Notes under the pieces: model-generated
Seen by the model: only the letters and a program-made list of their open reading frames with translations
Databases searched by the model: none
Told to the model about the DNA's origin: nothing
In this document: in pieces, positions 26,740 to 41,325 of the stretch
How positions within the stretch are numbered: the first letter of the stretch is position 1
Layout: each line of letters begins with the position of its first letter
Origin: Adineta vaga
Taxonomy: Eukaryota > Animalia > Rotifera
Direction: 5' to 3'
DNA: 64,000 bases
Assembly: GCA_021613535.1 (NCBI GenBank)
Contig: CP075493.1
Span: forward strand, 2,418,001-2,482,000
Position numbers and translations under genes: made by a program

Positions 26740-27412
26740 TAACTCCCCCCCCCAGAATAAAAGCCCACTGGGCTTCTAATATGTCCGGAAAAATATAAGT
26801 CTAAAGGTGGGCAATATATTAAGGTACCATTTTTTCGGTTCTCTACAACAATCTGCAAGGAAGAAAAAGCGGATCCTGGATCCTCGGATTCTTACAGATC
26901 CTCATAGATCCTAAGATTCGAAAAAAAGTGGATCTTAACGAATCCTACGAGCTATGAGAATCCATAAGGGTCCATCAATATTCGAAAACTTTATGTGATT
27001 CATACTTTGGTTTTCTCTCCCTTGAATTTATTAGATAAAATAGCTAAATATAGTGAAATTCGTTCAGTTTTCATCAACTTCCTTTTACTTTGTATTTATC
27101 ACCGATAATTCTATGGTTAATTCAATTATTTAGTTGAAAAACAAAGTTCGAGTGAGTTGTCTCTTTATAGATCCTGATGAATCCTCACAGATCATTGTAG
27201 ATCCTACTGGATCCTAGGATCTATGAGGATCCGCCTTTCTCCCGTTGTCTTTACTATTACTACATAGAAAAAACTTGAACACAATTTTGTAAAAATGATA
27301 TAAACATTTTTTACAATTTCTGATTAGGTGGGCTTCTGTTATAGCTGGAAAATTATAACATAGATAGTGGACTTCTATTTGGGGTGGGCTTTTAATCTGG
27401 GGGGGTGGGTTA
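26740..27412. mobile_element. Non-autonomous DNA transposon (MITE-like) with ~29 bp imperfect terminal inverted repeats
   Basis: Left end taactcccccccccagaataaaagcccac (26740-26768) matches the reverse complement of the right end gtgggcttttaatctgggggggtgggtta (27384-27412); no transposase ORF. Confidence 0.75.
26860..27240. mobile_element. Inner inverted-repeat element with GATCCT-based ~10 bp subrepeats, nested in the MITE
   Basis: agaaaaagcggatcct...gatcctcatagatccta (26862-26913) versus taggatctatgaggatccgcctttct (27215-27240, reverse complement agaaaggcggatcctcatagatccta). Confidence 0.6.
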
Positions 27413-27496
27413 CAAAATATCAAAAGTAAATCGAAAACATACATCAGTTTAATATAGTTTTATTCATTCTTCACATGAGACAAGTTATAGATTCTT

Positions 27497-28495
27497 CTAT
27501 AGCAATTGAAACGATGCTGCAATCATTAAATGATCCGATGGATGTGTCTCATCAGGATAAGATTCACTTGTAGGTTGATCGGGCAATTCAAGTACTTTTT
27601 CGACTTCTAGACTGCCATTGAAAAAGATATAGTCTAATGTAGCTTGAAACTTAGATGCCGAAATTGTATCGACATGATTTGTGTAAATAGGTTCCGTTCC
27701 ATTCTTTTCTCGATAAGCACTCTTCAATACCTGTTCTGTATTAGGACGATAGAACACGTCATAGTTGTCAGATGCTGGAAAGTCATTACCAACATAACCT
27801 TTCCTTGTTATTGCTCGATAAGACACTTCAGATGGTTTTGTATTGAAATCACCTGCTAAAATCAAATTCTGGCCAGCTGCTAATTTAAACATCAAATCTT
27901 TCACAACAGAAGAATGTATCATCATAACATCTTGAATTTTAAAAACACATGGCATATGATACGTTCCAATGCATAAAGGCTTATTTTTAATTGTCACTTG
28001 TAGACAGATCAGAGTATTATTTCTGTCAATTGAAATTTTCCAAGGATCTACAATCGGTTTTGTGAATCTACTCCATACAAATTGCCACCATAGATTTTGT
28101 ACCCATGTAACAAGATTTGATTGTGTTTCACGTAGTTTCGTGACCGAACGTAGATAATCGCCAACTTTAATATAAGAAATTGAATTGAGTTGCATTGAAG
28201 TTGGAATTGCTATACCTACACCCATGTAATCATTATGTCGATTACCATAGAGATCACTATATAAGACATAATTTTGTTGATGAAAAAACAATTGAAGTTT
28301 AGGCAATATAGTCAATGAGATTTCTTGTAAACAAATAATAGTATTATCATGATGAGTTATTTCTCGTATGAATTCATTTTGTATCAAATTCCATCGATAG
28401 TCCGTATCAAGAAATTGTGGTTGACATTTGAAATAAGATTCTGAAGTTGCATAGATTGGTACAAGTAAATTAAAGGATACGACGCGCACTGCCAT
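27497..28495 (-). CDS. Intronless endonuclease/exonuclease/phosphatase (EEP) protein, CCR4/nocturnin/angel-like
   Basis: Single 332 aa ORF with the EEP catalytic motifs: SFNLL, IICLQE, TYHMPC, AGDFNT, LDYIFF, PSDHL. Confidence 0.9.
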   Translation of the reverse strand: MAVRVVSFNLLVPIYATSESYFKCQPQFLDTDYRWNLIQNEFIREITHHDNTIICLQEISLTILPKLQLFFHQQNYVLYSDLYGNRHNDYMGVGIAIPTSMQLNSISYIKVGDYLRSVTKLRETQSNLVTWVQNLWWQFVWSRFTKPIVDPWKISIDRNNTLICLQVTIKNKPLCIGTYHMPCVFKIQDVMMIHSSVVKDLMFKLAAGQNLILAGDFNTKPSEVSYRAITRKGYVGNDFPASDNYDVFYRPNTEQVLKSAYREKNGTEPIYTNHVDTISASKFQATLDYIFFNGSLEVEKVLELPDQPTSESYPDETHPSDHLMIAASFQLL

Positions 28496-28745
28496 AATGT
28501 TACTAACAATAAAAAAGAAATATTCTTTATAGACATGTTTTTATAGGAAAGTAGGAAGCGATAAAAAAACAACAACACGAGTCAGTAGTTGTTGGCCAAG
28601 AACGAGAAGAGATTTCAACATAAAGAGAAAAGCATCACGAATGAAACTGCAACGGCTATGGCTTTAAAATAATAATAGGAATTTGAGATAACATTTAATT
28701 GTATTCAAAATGTGATAAAGTTTTTTTTGATTCTCTCAACTAAGG

Positions 28746-28851
28746 TCGAAAGAAAAAACGTCGAAAGCAAAAAAGATCGAAAGAAAAATGTCGAAATATA
28801 AAACTATCGAAGTGTAAAAATATCGAAGAAAAAGAGTCGAATTATCGAAAT
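28746..28851 (+). repeat. Degenerate ~15 bp tandem repeat built on (g/a)tcgaa cores, ~8 units
   Basis: gtcgaaagaaaaaac gtcgaaagcaaaaaag atcgaaagaaaaat gtcgaaatataaaact atcgaagtgtaaaaat atcgaagaaaaaga gtcgaatt atcgaaat. Confidence 0.7.
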
Positions 28852-29169
28852 ATTGAGGAGTCATCAAGATTTATTTATTTGCGATTTATTTTTTGTGTAG
28901 CGTATATTAAGAATTATTTATTTCATATAATTGATTAATTCCCAGGCTCCCACCTACACCATCACCCTCAAGATTTCATTGCAGAACAGGGAAGTATTAT
29001 TTTCGAAAAAAAACCATTTAGGTATTAATATTATTGTTCGAAAGTAAGGCCTAAACAAATGATCATTGTTATCAATTTCAAAGTTATGATTCAAAATTTT
29101 CTATGCAATTCAATTGCTCTCCTTCACTACTTTCATGACTGTTTGAACAAAAGAAATGATAATCAGCAG

Positions 29170-29551
29170 ATATTTGCTTACCACGAGTAGTACTTGCCAT
29201 TTAAAGAGAGAGAAGACGTTGTTAAGGTATTAATAGTACAGCTAATTCTTGCGCGACTATTCCACCTAAACTTACACCTGAAACATGAACTACAGTTTGA
29301 TCAGTCCATACATGATTAATCAACTTTGGAGCATCTCAATGATCATAGGTCAATATTTCTATCGGTGATTTAAAATGTTCAATAAGATAATCACCATCTT
29401 CATCATAAAGTCGTAATGTTGCGTATGCATCCATAATCATTATTAATTTTGTTGCCGTATTTGATGATGATGATGAACATCGAAGTTCATAATATATTTC
29501 CAAGTCGGATGTTATTGAAAAATAATCTTTCTTTAAAGATTTGTCACTCAT
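29170..29551 (-). pseudogene. Alpha/beta-hydrolase pseudogene fragment
   Basis: One frame reads ..LEIYYE..KLIMIMDAYAT..EILTYDH*DAPKLINHVWTDQTVVHVSGVSLGGIVAQELAVLLIP*QRLLSL*. The nucleophile elbow GxSxG is present; there are in-frame stops, and the segment after YDH(R)G is missing. Confidence 0.7.
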
Positions 29552-30420
29552 ATTTTATATGGATTAATAAATAAAAACTATTTCGACAAAAATAAGAAGA
29601 AAATATATCTATTAGATCACGATGATATGAGAGATGAATAAATATCATATGTGTTGCATTCAGGTTTTGACTTCTAATATATGACTAAAGAAAATATTTT
29701 TTATTTCGTGCATTTTTAACATCAAATTTTACATGAAGAAAGAGCAATGGCGATGAGAGTTCACTGAGTCATCATCTTTTTCTTTTCCGTCTCTTCTGAT
29801 GATCAGAAATTGAGTAAATCTATATAAATAAATGTACGATAATCAAACGATCGATAGAACCAATCATAGAATTGCTTATCTATAGTTCAATTATCACATT
29901 AACATCAACAATGAAGTCAATCATTCATAAGAATATGCGAGTATATTGTTCTTTTTCTCCTATCTGTTTTATTAACTAGCAGAGTTCAAGGATGTTTTGC
30001 AACAGAAAAACAACAGCAAAATCGAAATGATAAATTATGTCGGAAATACATCGAACATATTTGTTATGTATATTATTGAATTCATCTATAAAAATCTTAT
30101 CTACTTGTCATATTCCATGAACGGAACATAAGTTCGATAAGATAATGAACAATATAGTTGCTTAATCTTTTATTTGTTACGTTATACCATCGTTCTTCCA
30201 TGACATTTCTCTCTATTTCTATTACTAACTACTTTTTTGTATTCATTTGATTGTTTATCTGTATATCCATTTATAGATACGTTTCATACGTTGTTGATAG
30301 ATTGTTTTGATATTCTTTTTCTTCTTTTCTGATCTATCCATTGAGTAAATAACTATTGATAATTTTGTTTATATATGTATTTTTAGTATTGAAGATAAAA
30401 TATCTCAATTATTGATTAAG

Positions 30421-32418
30421 ATGTTTGTTTATCGTAAAGAAATCGATGGTTTACGATCATTAGCTGTCATTCCAGTCATACTCTATCATGCTGGTTTTAC
30501 AAAATTCTTCGCTGGTGGTTACATTGGTGTTGATATCTTTTTCGTTATTAGTGGTTATTTAATAACTTCCGTTATAGAACATGAATGCGATGAAGAACGA
30601 TTTTCTATTATCAATTTTTATGAACGTCGATGTCGTCGTATTCTTCCTGCATTATTTTTCATTATATTTCTTAGTAGTATATTTGCTTATTATATTATGT
30701 TACCTGAACAACTAAAAGAATATGGTGAAACACTAATTTCAATCTTATGTCTTAGTTCAAATATTTATTTTTGGTATAGAAATGATGGATATTTTAGTGA
30801 ATTAAATGAATTAAATCCATTAGTTCATACATGGAGTTTAGCTGTTGAAGAACAATTTTATTTCATATTTCCGATATTATGTTATTTATTACGAAAGAAA
30901 AAACAATGTTTAATAATTGTTTTGATTTTTTCTGCTTCAATCAGTTTCATTCTTTGTCAATGGGGTGGAAATTTTCATTTCATATTCAAACATAAATTTC
31001 GAATGTTTTCTCAATCTCATTATGCATCATTTTATTTACCAATAGGACGTTTTTGGGAATTATTAATCGGTGCTTTTATTGCATTCTTTCTACGAAAATA
31101 TGATTTAACAAAGTAAATGTCGTTTTCTTATCATATCGATCTAAATAACTTCTGATTTTTCTATTGTAGACAATCGTTACGTATCATCAATGAAATCTTG
31201 TCGATAACTGGTCTTCTATTAATTATTATTTCTGTTGTATTTTTAGACAATCATCATATTCCTTCTTTTCCAAATTGTTATACATTACTGCCAACAATTG
31301 GAGCTGCATTAATAATTCTCTGTGGACAGAAAAATACATCAGTTGGATATCTACTAAGTACACGTCTATTGCGTTGGATCGGTCTGATCTCTTACAGTAT
31401 ATATCTTTGGCATCAACCATTACTTGCATTTCTTCGTTTACAAACACATCAAACACCCGGAATCTTAACAATAAGTCTACTGCTTTGTTTAGTATTTCTA
31501 TTGAGTATATTTAGTTATTTTTCTATTGAACAACCATTTCGAAATAAAACACATTTTACTCGAAAACAAATATTTTATATGTCTGCATTTGGTTCAGTAT
31601 TTATTCTTATTGTGGCATTGATTTTGATTCAAACAGCAAATACTCAAGCAACACATGTAGCAAAAGATGGAGATAGTTATTTATCCGATTTGAGAAAATA
31701 TGGAAATTGGCAATATGTTATACGAGATTTTAATAATTTAGCAAAGAAGAAAACATTTTCTAATCAATCAATAACATTCAATAAAAGATTAGCATTGATT
31801 GGTGATAGTTTTGCTCAAGATTTTTATAATATAATCAATGAAGGTCATTATTTATCTTCGCATGAAATTCGTGTTCATTATATTTATTCACGTTGTCAAA
31901 TTTATCTTGGTGGCGAAGATCGAAAACAATTTATTGATGCTCAACATCATCAAACATGTACGAATGGAAATGATATTAAATTAGCTTTACCATTAATTCG
32001 ACAAGCGAATATTATTTTATTAGTTAATAATTGGTATGAATGGAGTGCACAACGATTACCTACAACAATTAAATTACTAAATTTAACAAAACAACAACAA
32101 TTATTCATTGTTGGACCAAAACATTTTGGTAAAGTCAATCCAAAATTATATATTAATAAAACAATGGAATATCGAATTAAACAATATCAGTATCCGAAAA
32201 ATGAAAGTATTAAGGTCAATAATTTATTACAGAAAATTATTGATCCATCAATTTATGTGAATATTTTACCAATGATTTGTAATGGTTATAATCAAACATG
32301 TCCACTTTTTACTCAACAAGGAAAATTAATCTCACATGATGGAGCACATTTAACAAAATATGGAGCAATCTATGTTGGAAATCTTATTTTTCAAAATAAA
32401 CCATTTAAGAGATTATAA
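30421..32418 (+). CDS. Acyltransferase-3 plus SGNH-domain O-acetyltransferase (OafA/OatA-like architecture), one 57 bp intron (31113-31169)
   Basis: YRKEIDGLRSLAV..YH, GGYIGVDIFFVISGYLI, FYERRCRRILPA, HTWSLAVEEQFY, IGLISYSIYLWHQP; C-terminal LIGDSFA and DGAHL catalytic motifs. Confidence 0.92.
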
Positions 32419-32691
32419 ACAAACAAATCTGCTCTTATACTTTTAGTTTAGTTCTTTGATATACGAAATATTTCAACTTATTATCAGTTAAACAAAAAAA
32501 AATCAAAAAGACGATTGTGCATATCATTCTTATTTACAGACAACAATAATTCATATTTTCATCCGTAATAGGAAATTAAAACGTTAACAATCATAGAGAT
32601 ATATATATATATATATAAAGAAAAAGAAGAAGCTGAAAAGCACCGTAGAAAATGGTGAATGTAAAGAGATGATTTGAAATAGACAATGTTG

Positions 32692-35595
<2,904 letters not shown>

Positions 35596-38484
35596 GATCG
35601 TATTCTGAATGAAGTTAAGATAGAGCTCGATATACAAATGTCTAAAATGAAAAGAAAAATAAAGATCATTTATGAACTGATGTAAAACGTATCTCCTGTA
35701 AATGCTCGTTTTCATATCCAAGTAAAAATAGACGTGCATAAAAGTAGATTATATATAGTCTTAACTCATACTGAGTTTTTCTATTCGACATCAGTTGGAT
35801 TCCAGACTTTTCTATGATATACACCTCGCTCATTAAAAGCAAATCATTGAAGATTTATTCTTAATTATTGTCAATATCATAGTGTTCTTTTCTCAAGAGA
35901 TTTTCTTCTTCTTCTTACCTGATTTTGTTTTATAATTCTTCGAAATACTCTTGAAAGGATTTAAACTGACACTTATTTATGATCAAGAAAATGACGATAG
36001 ATGCAAGTTAACGAAGCCATTGTCATCTTTTATTATTATAAGTTTCAACCAAGGACTTTAAAATTACTGTATGACACTAATGTATTCGAAATGATTGAGA
36101 AAGAAAAAACAGTGAATTGATCGACTTCTCACATGTGAATAAACAAAGAAAATCACAAATACAAGTAGTCACGGTTATAATCAACTATTCATTTGTATTT
36201 TCTTCCATTTCTCGTCTTTCAATTTCATTATGTTCATGGTGAATTGAATTCTTATTAAGATCAAAGAAAAGAACTAATGAAGCATTGATTTCAACGAATA
36301 TACTTCATTTTAATTAAAAATAAAGATCTACATTTTTGCCCTGAACACTCACCTTAAATCTCGTTGCTAATATTGAGAAAGAAACTTAGTTATCAAAACT
36401 TTAACTGCACATTCACATGTAAACATACTCACAATGTTTTGCTTTCTCAAGGTATTGGCGTTTGTTTATTTGTCTCTTGTTTTCTATCTTGTTTTAAGCT
36501 CAAATAAGAATAAAATTCTTTCTTTCATTCTTTTCTCGAAATTCCTTCTGTTTTCTTTCTTTCTTTCATTTATTTTACATTATATTCCAACAGAAAACGC
36601 AGTTTAGAAGTGTTTTAGAAATAACAATGAATCTATTGATTTGAAGAACATCATTAATTACCTCTTTCAAAAGACCAATAATGTTTTTGTCAAGACAAAA
36701 ATATTTGTAACTAACACAATAACATTTCGTTGTTGCTCGTTCTCTTTCAACGAAATGAACAAACAAACGTGCATGCGCAACATATTATTTCGTATCTACT
36801 TTAAGTACTATTCAAGGAAATAATCTCCTTCACATCAGCTACTATATAAATAATATAATCACTCTTTTTTCGTTCTATTGACACGATAGATAATTGATCA
36901 TTGTGTGAATAGACTAAATCAATAGACTGATTAATGATAGAAGAAAGAACTTGTTGATTTTAATGAATGTTATTTGATGAAGATGACAAATATGTGATAT
37001 ATTCCTTCGATCAAAATAAACGAATGCACGTTCTCTCTTTCTCTACTATAATGCTGTCTCAGCTCATATGTCTACTTTTACAGACATCTACGATTGTATT
37101 TCAATTGAATTGTACTGAAAAAAATTATGCAATTTAACTTTCAAAACACTTCTGGATATGCTCCAGGATTTGTGACCTTTGTTGAGTACGCTCTTCGTCG
37201 AGAATAAGTCTGTCTTTTGAAAACATCTGTTCGTCACTTAAATGAAAAGCATTTATAAGAAACAATGAACATGAATGTTTATGAGATGATATCGAAGAAG
37301 AATTTCTTTGATTTAATTCTTGACAAATAACGAAACATTCGGATGTTACCATGTGATTGTTATATGATTCAATGTAGTAAAAAATCCCTTTGTATGTCCA
37401 GTTAATGAAAATCTTGAGAACAAATTACATTTGCTGTTGGGTGCTTTCTAGTTTTCATCAAGTAGAACTTCATTTCGAACGATTATTATTGTCATTACTG
37501 AATAAGATTAAGAACTTCAGAGAAAAAAAAAGTTATTGATGACGTCGGTTTATTCTCTTCAAAATCACTTTGATGTTTATGAAAAAATAACAAAATAGTG
37601 AAAAATCATATTGTTTTGCACGTGCATTGATAAACAAAATATTTCTTGACAGTTTTCTTTTTCTCCACTCATCTAAAGTATAAAACAACAACATACGATT
37701 GTTTTCTTCTTACTCCAAGCAAAAACGAACTTTCGTATTCGCTGTTTGCTTTCCTGTCATAGATTTAATATTTATTGTATAATTTAACATAATAATCTTC
37801 GATATACTCTATTTCTGTTTTGATTTTTCATCGAAATGAAGATTAATGTGTTAAGAATAATAACATCATATTAACTTATCATTTGCCGATTGCATCCATC
37901 AGTCATGTGTTTCCATGAATATTTTTATACTCTCATCTTCTATTTAAAGTTCTAAGATTGTCAAATGAGATATTATGTTTTGTTCTGAGCAAAATTTCTC
38001 GAAATAAAAACTAATAATGTTAACCATGAAATTATTTCTTTGAATATCAGAACTAATTATCATTAGGAACGTGTCAATATGATAAAGCGGTAAATTTAAC
38101 ATCATTGTCATTTCGATGATTATGTACTATGAATACGATGTTCTATTCAAAAGTCAACCTTGTATATTATTAATCATGATGAAGTTCAATTTTGAATATA
38201 AAAAGGTGACGAGTTTTGAATATTGTACATGATATATTATTGTGTAAATGATTGATAGAATATGTGGCAGGTAAACGAATCATGATACAGTTATACGTAG
38301 AAAGGAGATACATACTTATTTCAGTTATAATCATGATAAACATTTTATGTCTTTTTTTCTATATTATCGTTTAGATATACCACTGATGCGTGTCAAAGGA
38401 AAATGAGAGTGACAGAAATGAAAAGAAAAATCTGTTTTATTTCGTTTCGTTGGTCTATCAAACACGTGTAGTAAAAAACGTATT

Positions 38485-39564
38485 ATGCTGTTAAAAGTTA
38501 ATGATCGAAGTGACAATGCGACAGGAGTATTTTTTCGTTTTAATTATTTTTTATGCGACATATTTGTTGAAATATTCTATCAGATAATCGAATATATCCA
38601 TCCAACTTCGCATTTAATTCAAAATCAAACAGACGAACGACGACAACGACGTAGATATACGAAACGATTCTACATTGGAATGATGATTTTTTTGATAATA
38701 TGCATATTTTTTGCCATCAATTTGACTGTTTTTTCTCTTCTTTATGAACATTCAATTATTCCTGAAAATAATTTTATTCAAAAAAAATTTTCAAATATTA
38801 TGCCAACTCTTTCTTCTCAAGCAATGCGTCATATCTATATTGATATTGGTTGTTTTAATGGTGAAACAATTGAATATTTTCTTCATTTCATTACCGATAG
38901 TGATACCTATGAAATCTATACATTTGAACCAGATCCAGATAATTATCGTCTCTGTCAAAAACGTTTATCCGACAAGAAATATGCGCAACATAATATAAAT
39001 ATTATACAAAAAGTGGCGTGGATACGTAATGAAAAAGTGTATTATCGAACTGAACGTGGACGACAAAGTCGAATTAGTCTGAACATGACAGGCATGTAAT
39101 TCAATAAGAAGAAATGAAGATATTTATTTTTGATTTATTTAGTAGACGATGGTGATTCGATTCAAGCCGATGCTATTGATTTTTCTGAATGGTTTGCTCG
39201 TTTAATGAAACGACAAAAAGCAATCGTTCATATTAAAATGAGTATGCCTGGAGCAGAAGTACCTGTTTTAGATAAAATGATTCGTGATGATACATTAGGT
39301 TTAGCAAGTAAATATGAAGTTGAATGGACTGATCGAGAAAATCCTTTAATACGTGCAACACGAATCTACATTCAATTAATGTTTGATTCCTATGGTTTTG
39401 ATTGTGTTTATTATACACGTTTACAAAATATACGACAAACATATCAAATGAAAGGATCATTCGATGATATAACGAAATATTATGATTGGAGTAAAATTAG
39501 TGAATCCGATACATTCGCTCATTATGTTCAACGACCTGATACATCGATTCAACAAGACATATGA
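38485..39564 (+). CDS. Type II membrane FkbM/Methyltransf_21-like SAM-dependent methyltransferase
   Basis: RRQRRR plus TM helix (FYIGMMIFLIICIFFAINLTVFSLL), then IYIDIGCFNGETI, IYTFEPDPDN, AIDFSEWF, HIKMSMPGAE; the second intron needs a GC donor at 39092. Confidence 0.75.
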
Positions 39565-39702
39565 AATAGATTAAAGTAAGCAATTCAATTAGAGAATCTT
39601 GTTTTCTATTGTTATCTTAATAATAATAATAATAAAAATTCAATAAACAATGATAAATAGGACGAAATTATACAAATGATAACACAGATCTATTGGCAAA
39701 TT

Positions 39703-40585
39703 TTAAACAGATAATGTTGTTGTCACAGTTTTTGTTGCAAATGTATAGAATAATTTGGAAAAAAACTTCAAACCATGTGCACCACCAGGAATATATGAAA
39801 TCATGTACCTGAAAATGGAAAGATAGGTTCGATCGATAAGTTTAATGTAAATAAATTACCAAATAAGAGTACCCATTTGAAACAGAACGAAAATAATTGT
39901 AAAAAAATAACTTTGTACCTTGAAATAATTATGAAAAATAGAAAAATAGGTGTGAATATCGAGAAAATAGTCACCCATATGGAATAATAAATTGTTCCAA
40001 GTAAAGTGACGAAATATGTGATAGTAAAAGGTAAGCGATCGATATTTATCAAATGTTTCAAATGATTCATTGGACCCCAAAGCATTGCAAAGCTGAAATA
40101 TGTAAAAATCAGTAAGAAAATTCATTCAGAACAAAAGTATTTCTACCTCGATAGAAAGAATACACTACCAAATGAGAAAAGTATTGCAAACTTTCTTGCT
40201 TTGATTACTATTACAGGAATATAGAGTGTTGCCAATGCCATACATAGTATTCCCATTGTTAAACATATCATAAAGCCAAGAATTCGTTGTTTACGAGTCT
40301 AAATAAAAGTCTCAATCATTTAGTCATAAAAAAATTGATTCATACTAATGCTGGTAAAATTGGATCATTATCTCCTTTTTGTAATAATCCTTGAATATCA
40401 TCTGTACTCGATGATGTTCTATCATTGATTGAATTCGAATGTTTTTGAAAATATTTTTGTAAACGATCGATATTGCTTTGAAATATACTACGTGGCCATG
40501 ATCGTTCATTCTCATCTTTATCATTTGTATGATCAGGGTTCGATTGAATAGCATAGTTTTGTAAACGAGAATATTTACTATCCAT
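39703..40585 (-). CDS. SFT2: Vesicle transport protein SFT2/Got1 family (SFT2D3-like), multi-exon
   Basis: L/TRKQRILGF, KARKFAILFSFGS, LWGPMNHLKHL...RLPFT..YF.TL.GT.Y, WYMISYIPGG. Confidence 0.85.
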
Positions 40586-41325
40586 CTAAACAAGTAGATT
40601 GTTAAAAGAACAAATAGTCGATGTCTTTGTCGATCTCACTTCATAGAATGTCGCTTGTGGTATACGGAAATTGAGAAACATGAAGATTTTTCTTTATACT
40701 ATCATCTAAAATAGTTGTTTGTGTTGAATGATAAAAACTTCTTGTTTTTCTTTTATTATTGAAAATATGGGTTTGAGAAAAAGAAAAAAAACGAAGGAAT
40801 TTGTCGACAAATACAAACAATATTAATCGTAAAAATATACACAACTGCATTCCACACACGTACATAAAAGAAAAATATCTCATTTAAAAAGTTCGCTCGT
40901 GAAAAAAAGAAAATAAAGGAATGCAAGATTTTCACATTTGATAGATTGCGTTTGTCTTTACTTTCAATTTGAAAATCTTATCAAATGAGATCGTTTTTTC
41001 AATGGTAGACTAGAAGAAACAATTGAGATCAGATGGAGTTTTGACTGTTATTATGACTATTTTGGTTTTTGATATCTCACAATTGTGGTTTAAAAATTCA
41101 TACTACATAAAATACAGAAATAAATAGAGATTTATAAGCGTTTACATCGAAGCACACTGTTCAGAATAAGAAGATCAAATGACAACATCGAAGAGAGAGA
41201 GAGAGAGACAGACAGAAACGAATCACCGAAAAGGAAAAAGAAAACAACAACATTGTACAAACAAAAGAAGATCTATCAGTGAAAGATAGTAGAAAACAAA
41301 ACGAAGAATATTATTATGATTATCA

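Noticed and set aside
26860-28851. GATCCT and TCGAA periodic repeats as CRISPR-like arrays
   Set aside because: Units are 10-15 bp and degenerate, with no unique spacers, no cas genes, and a eukaryotic context.
37134-37352. 72 aa ORF in the HUNK upstream region
   Set aside because: No recognisable homology or clear spliced context.
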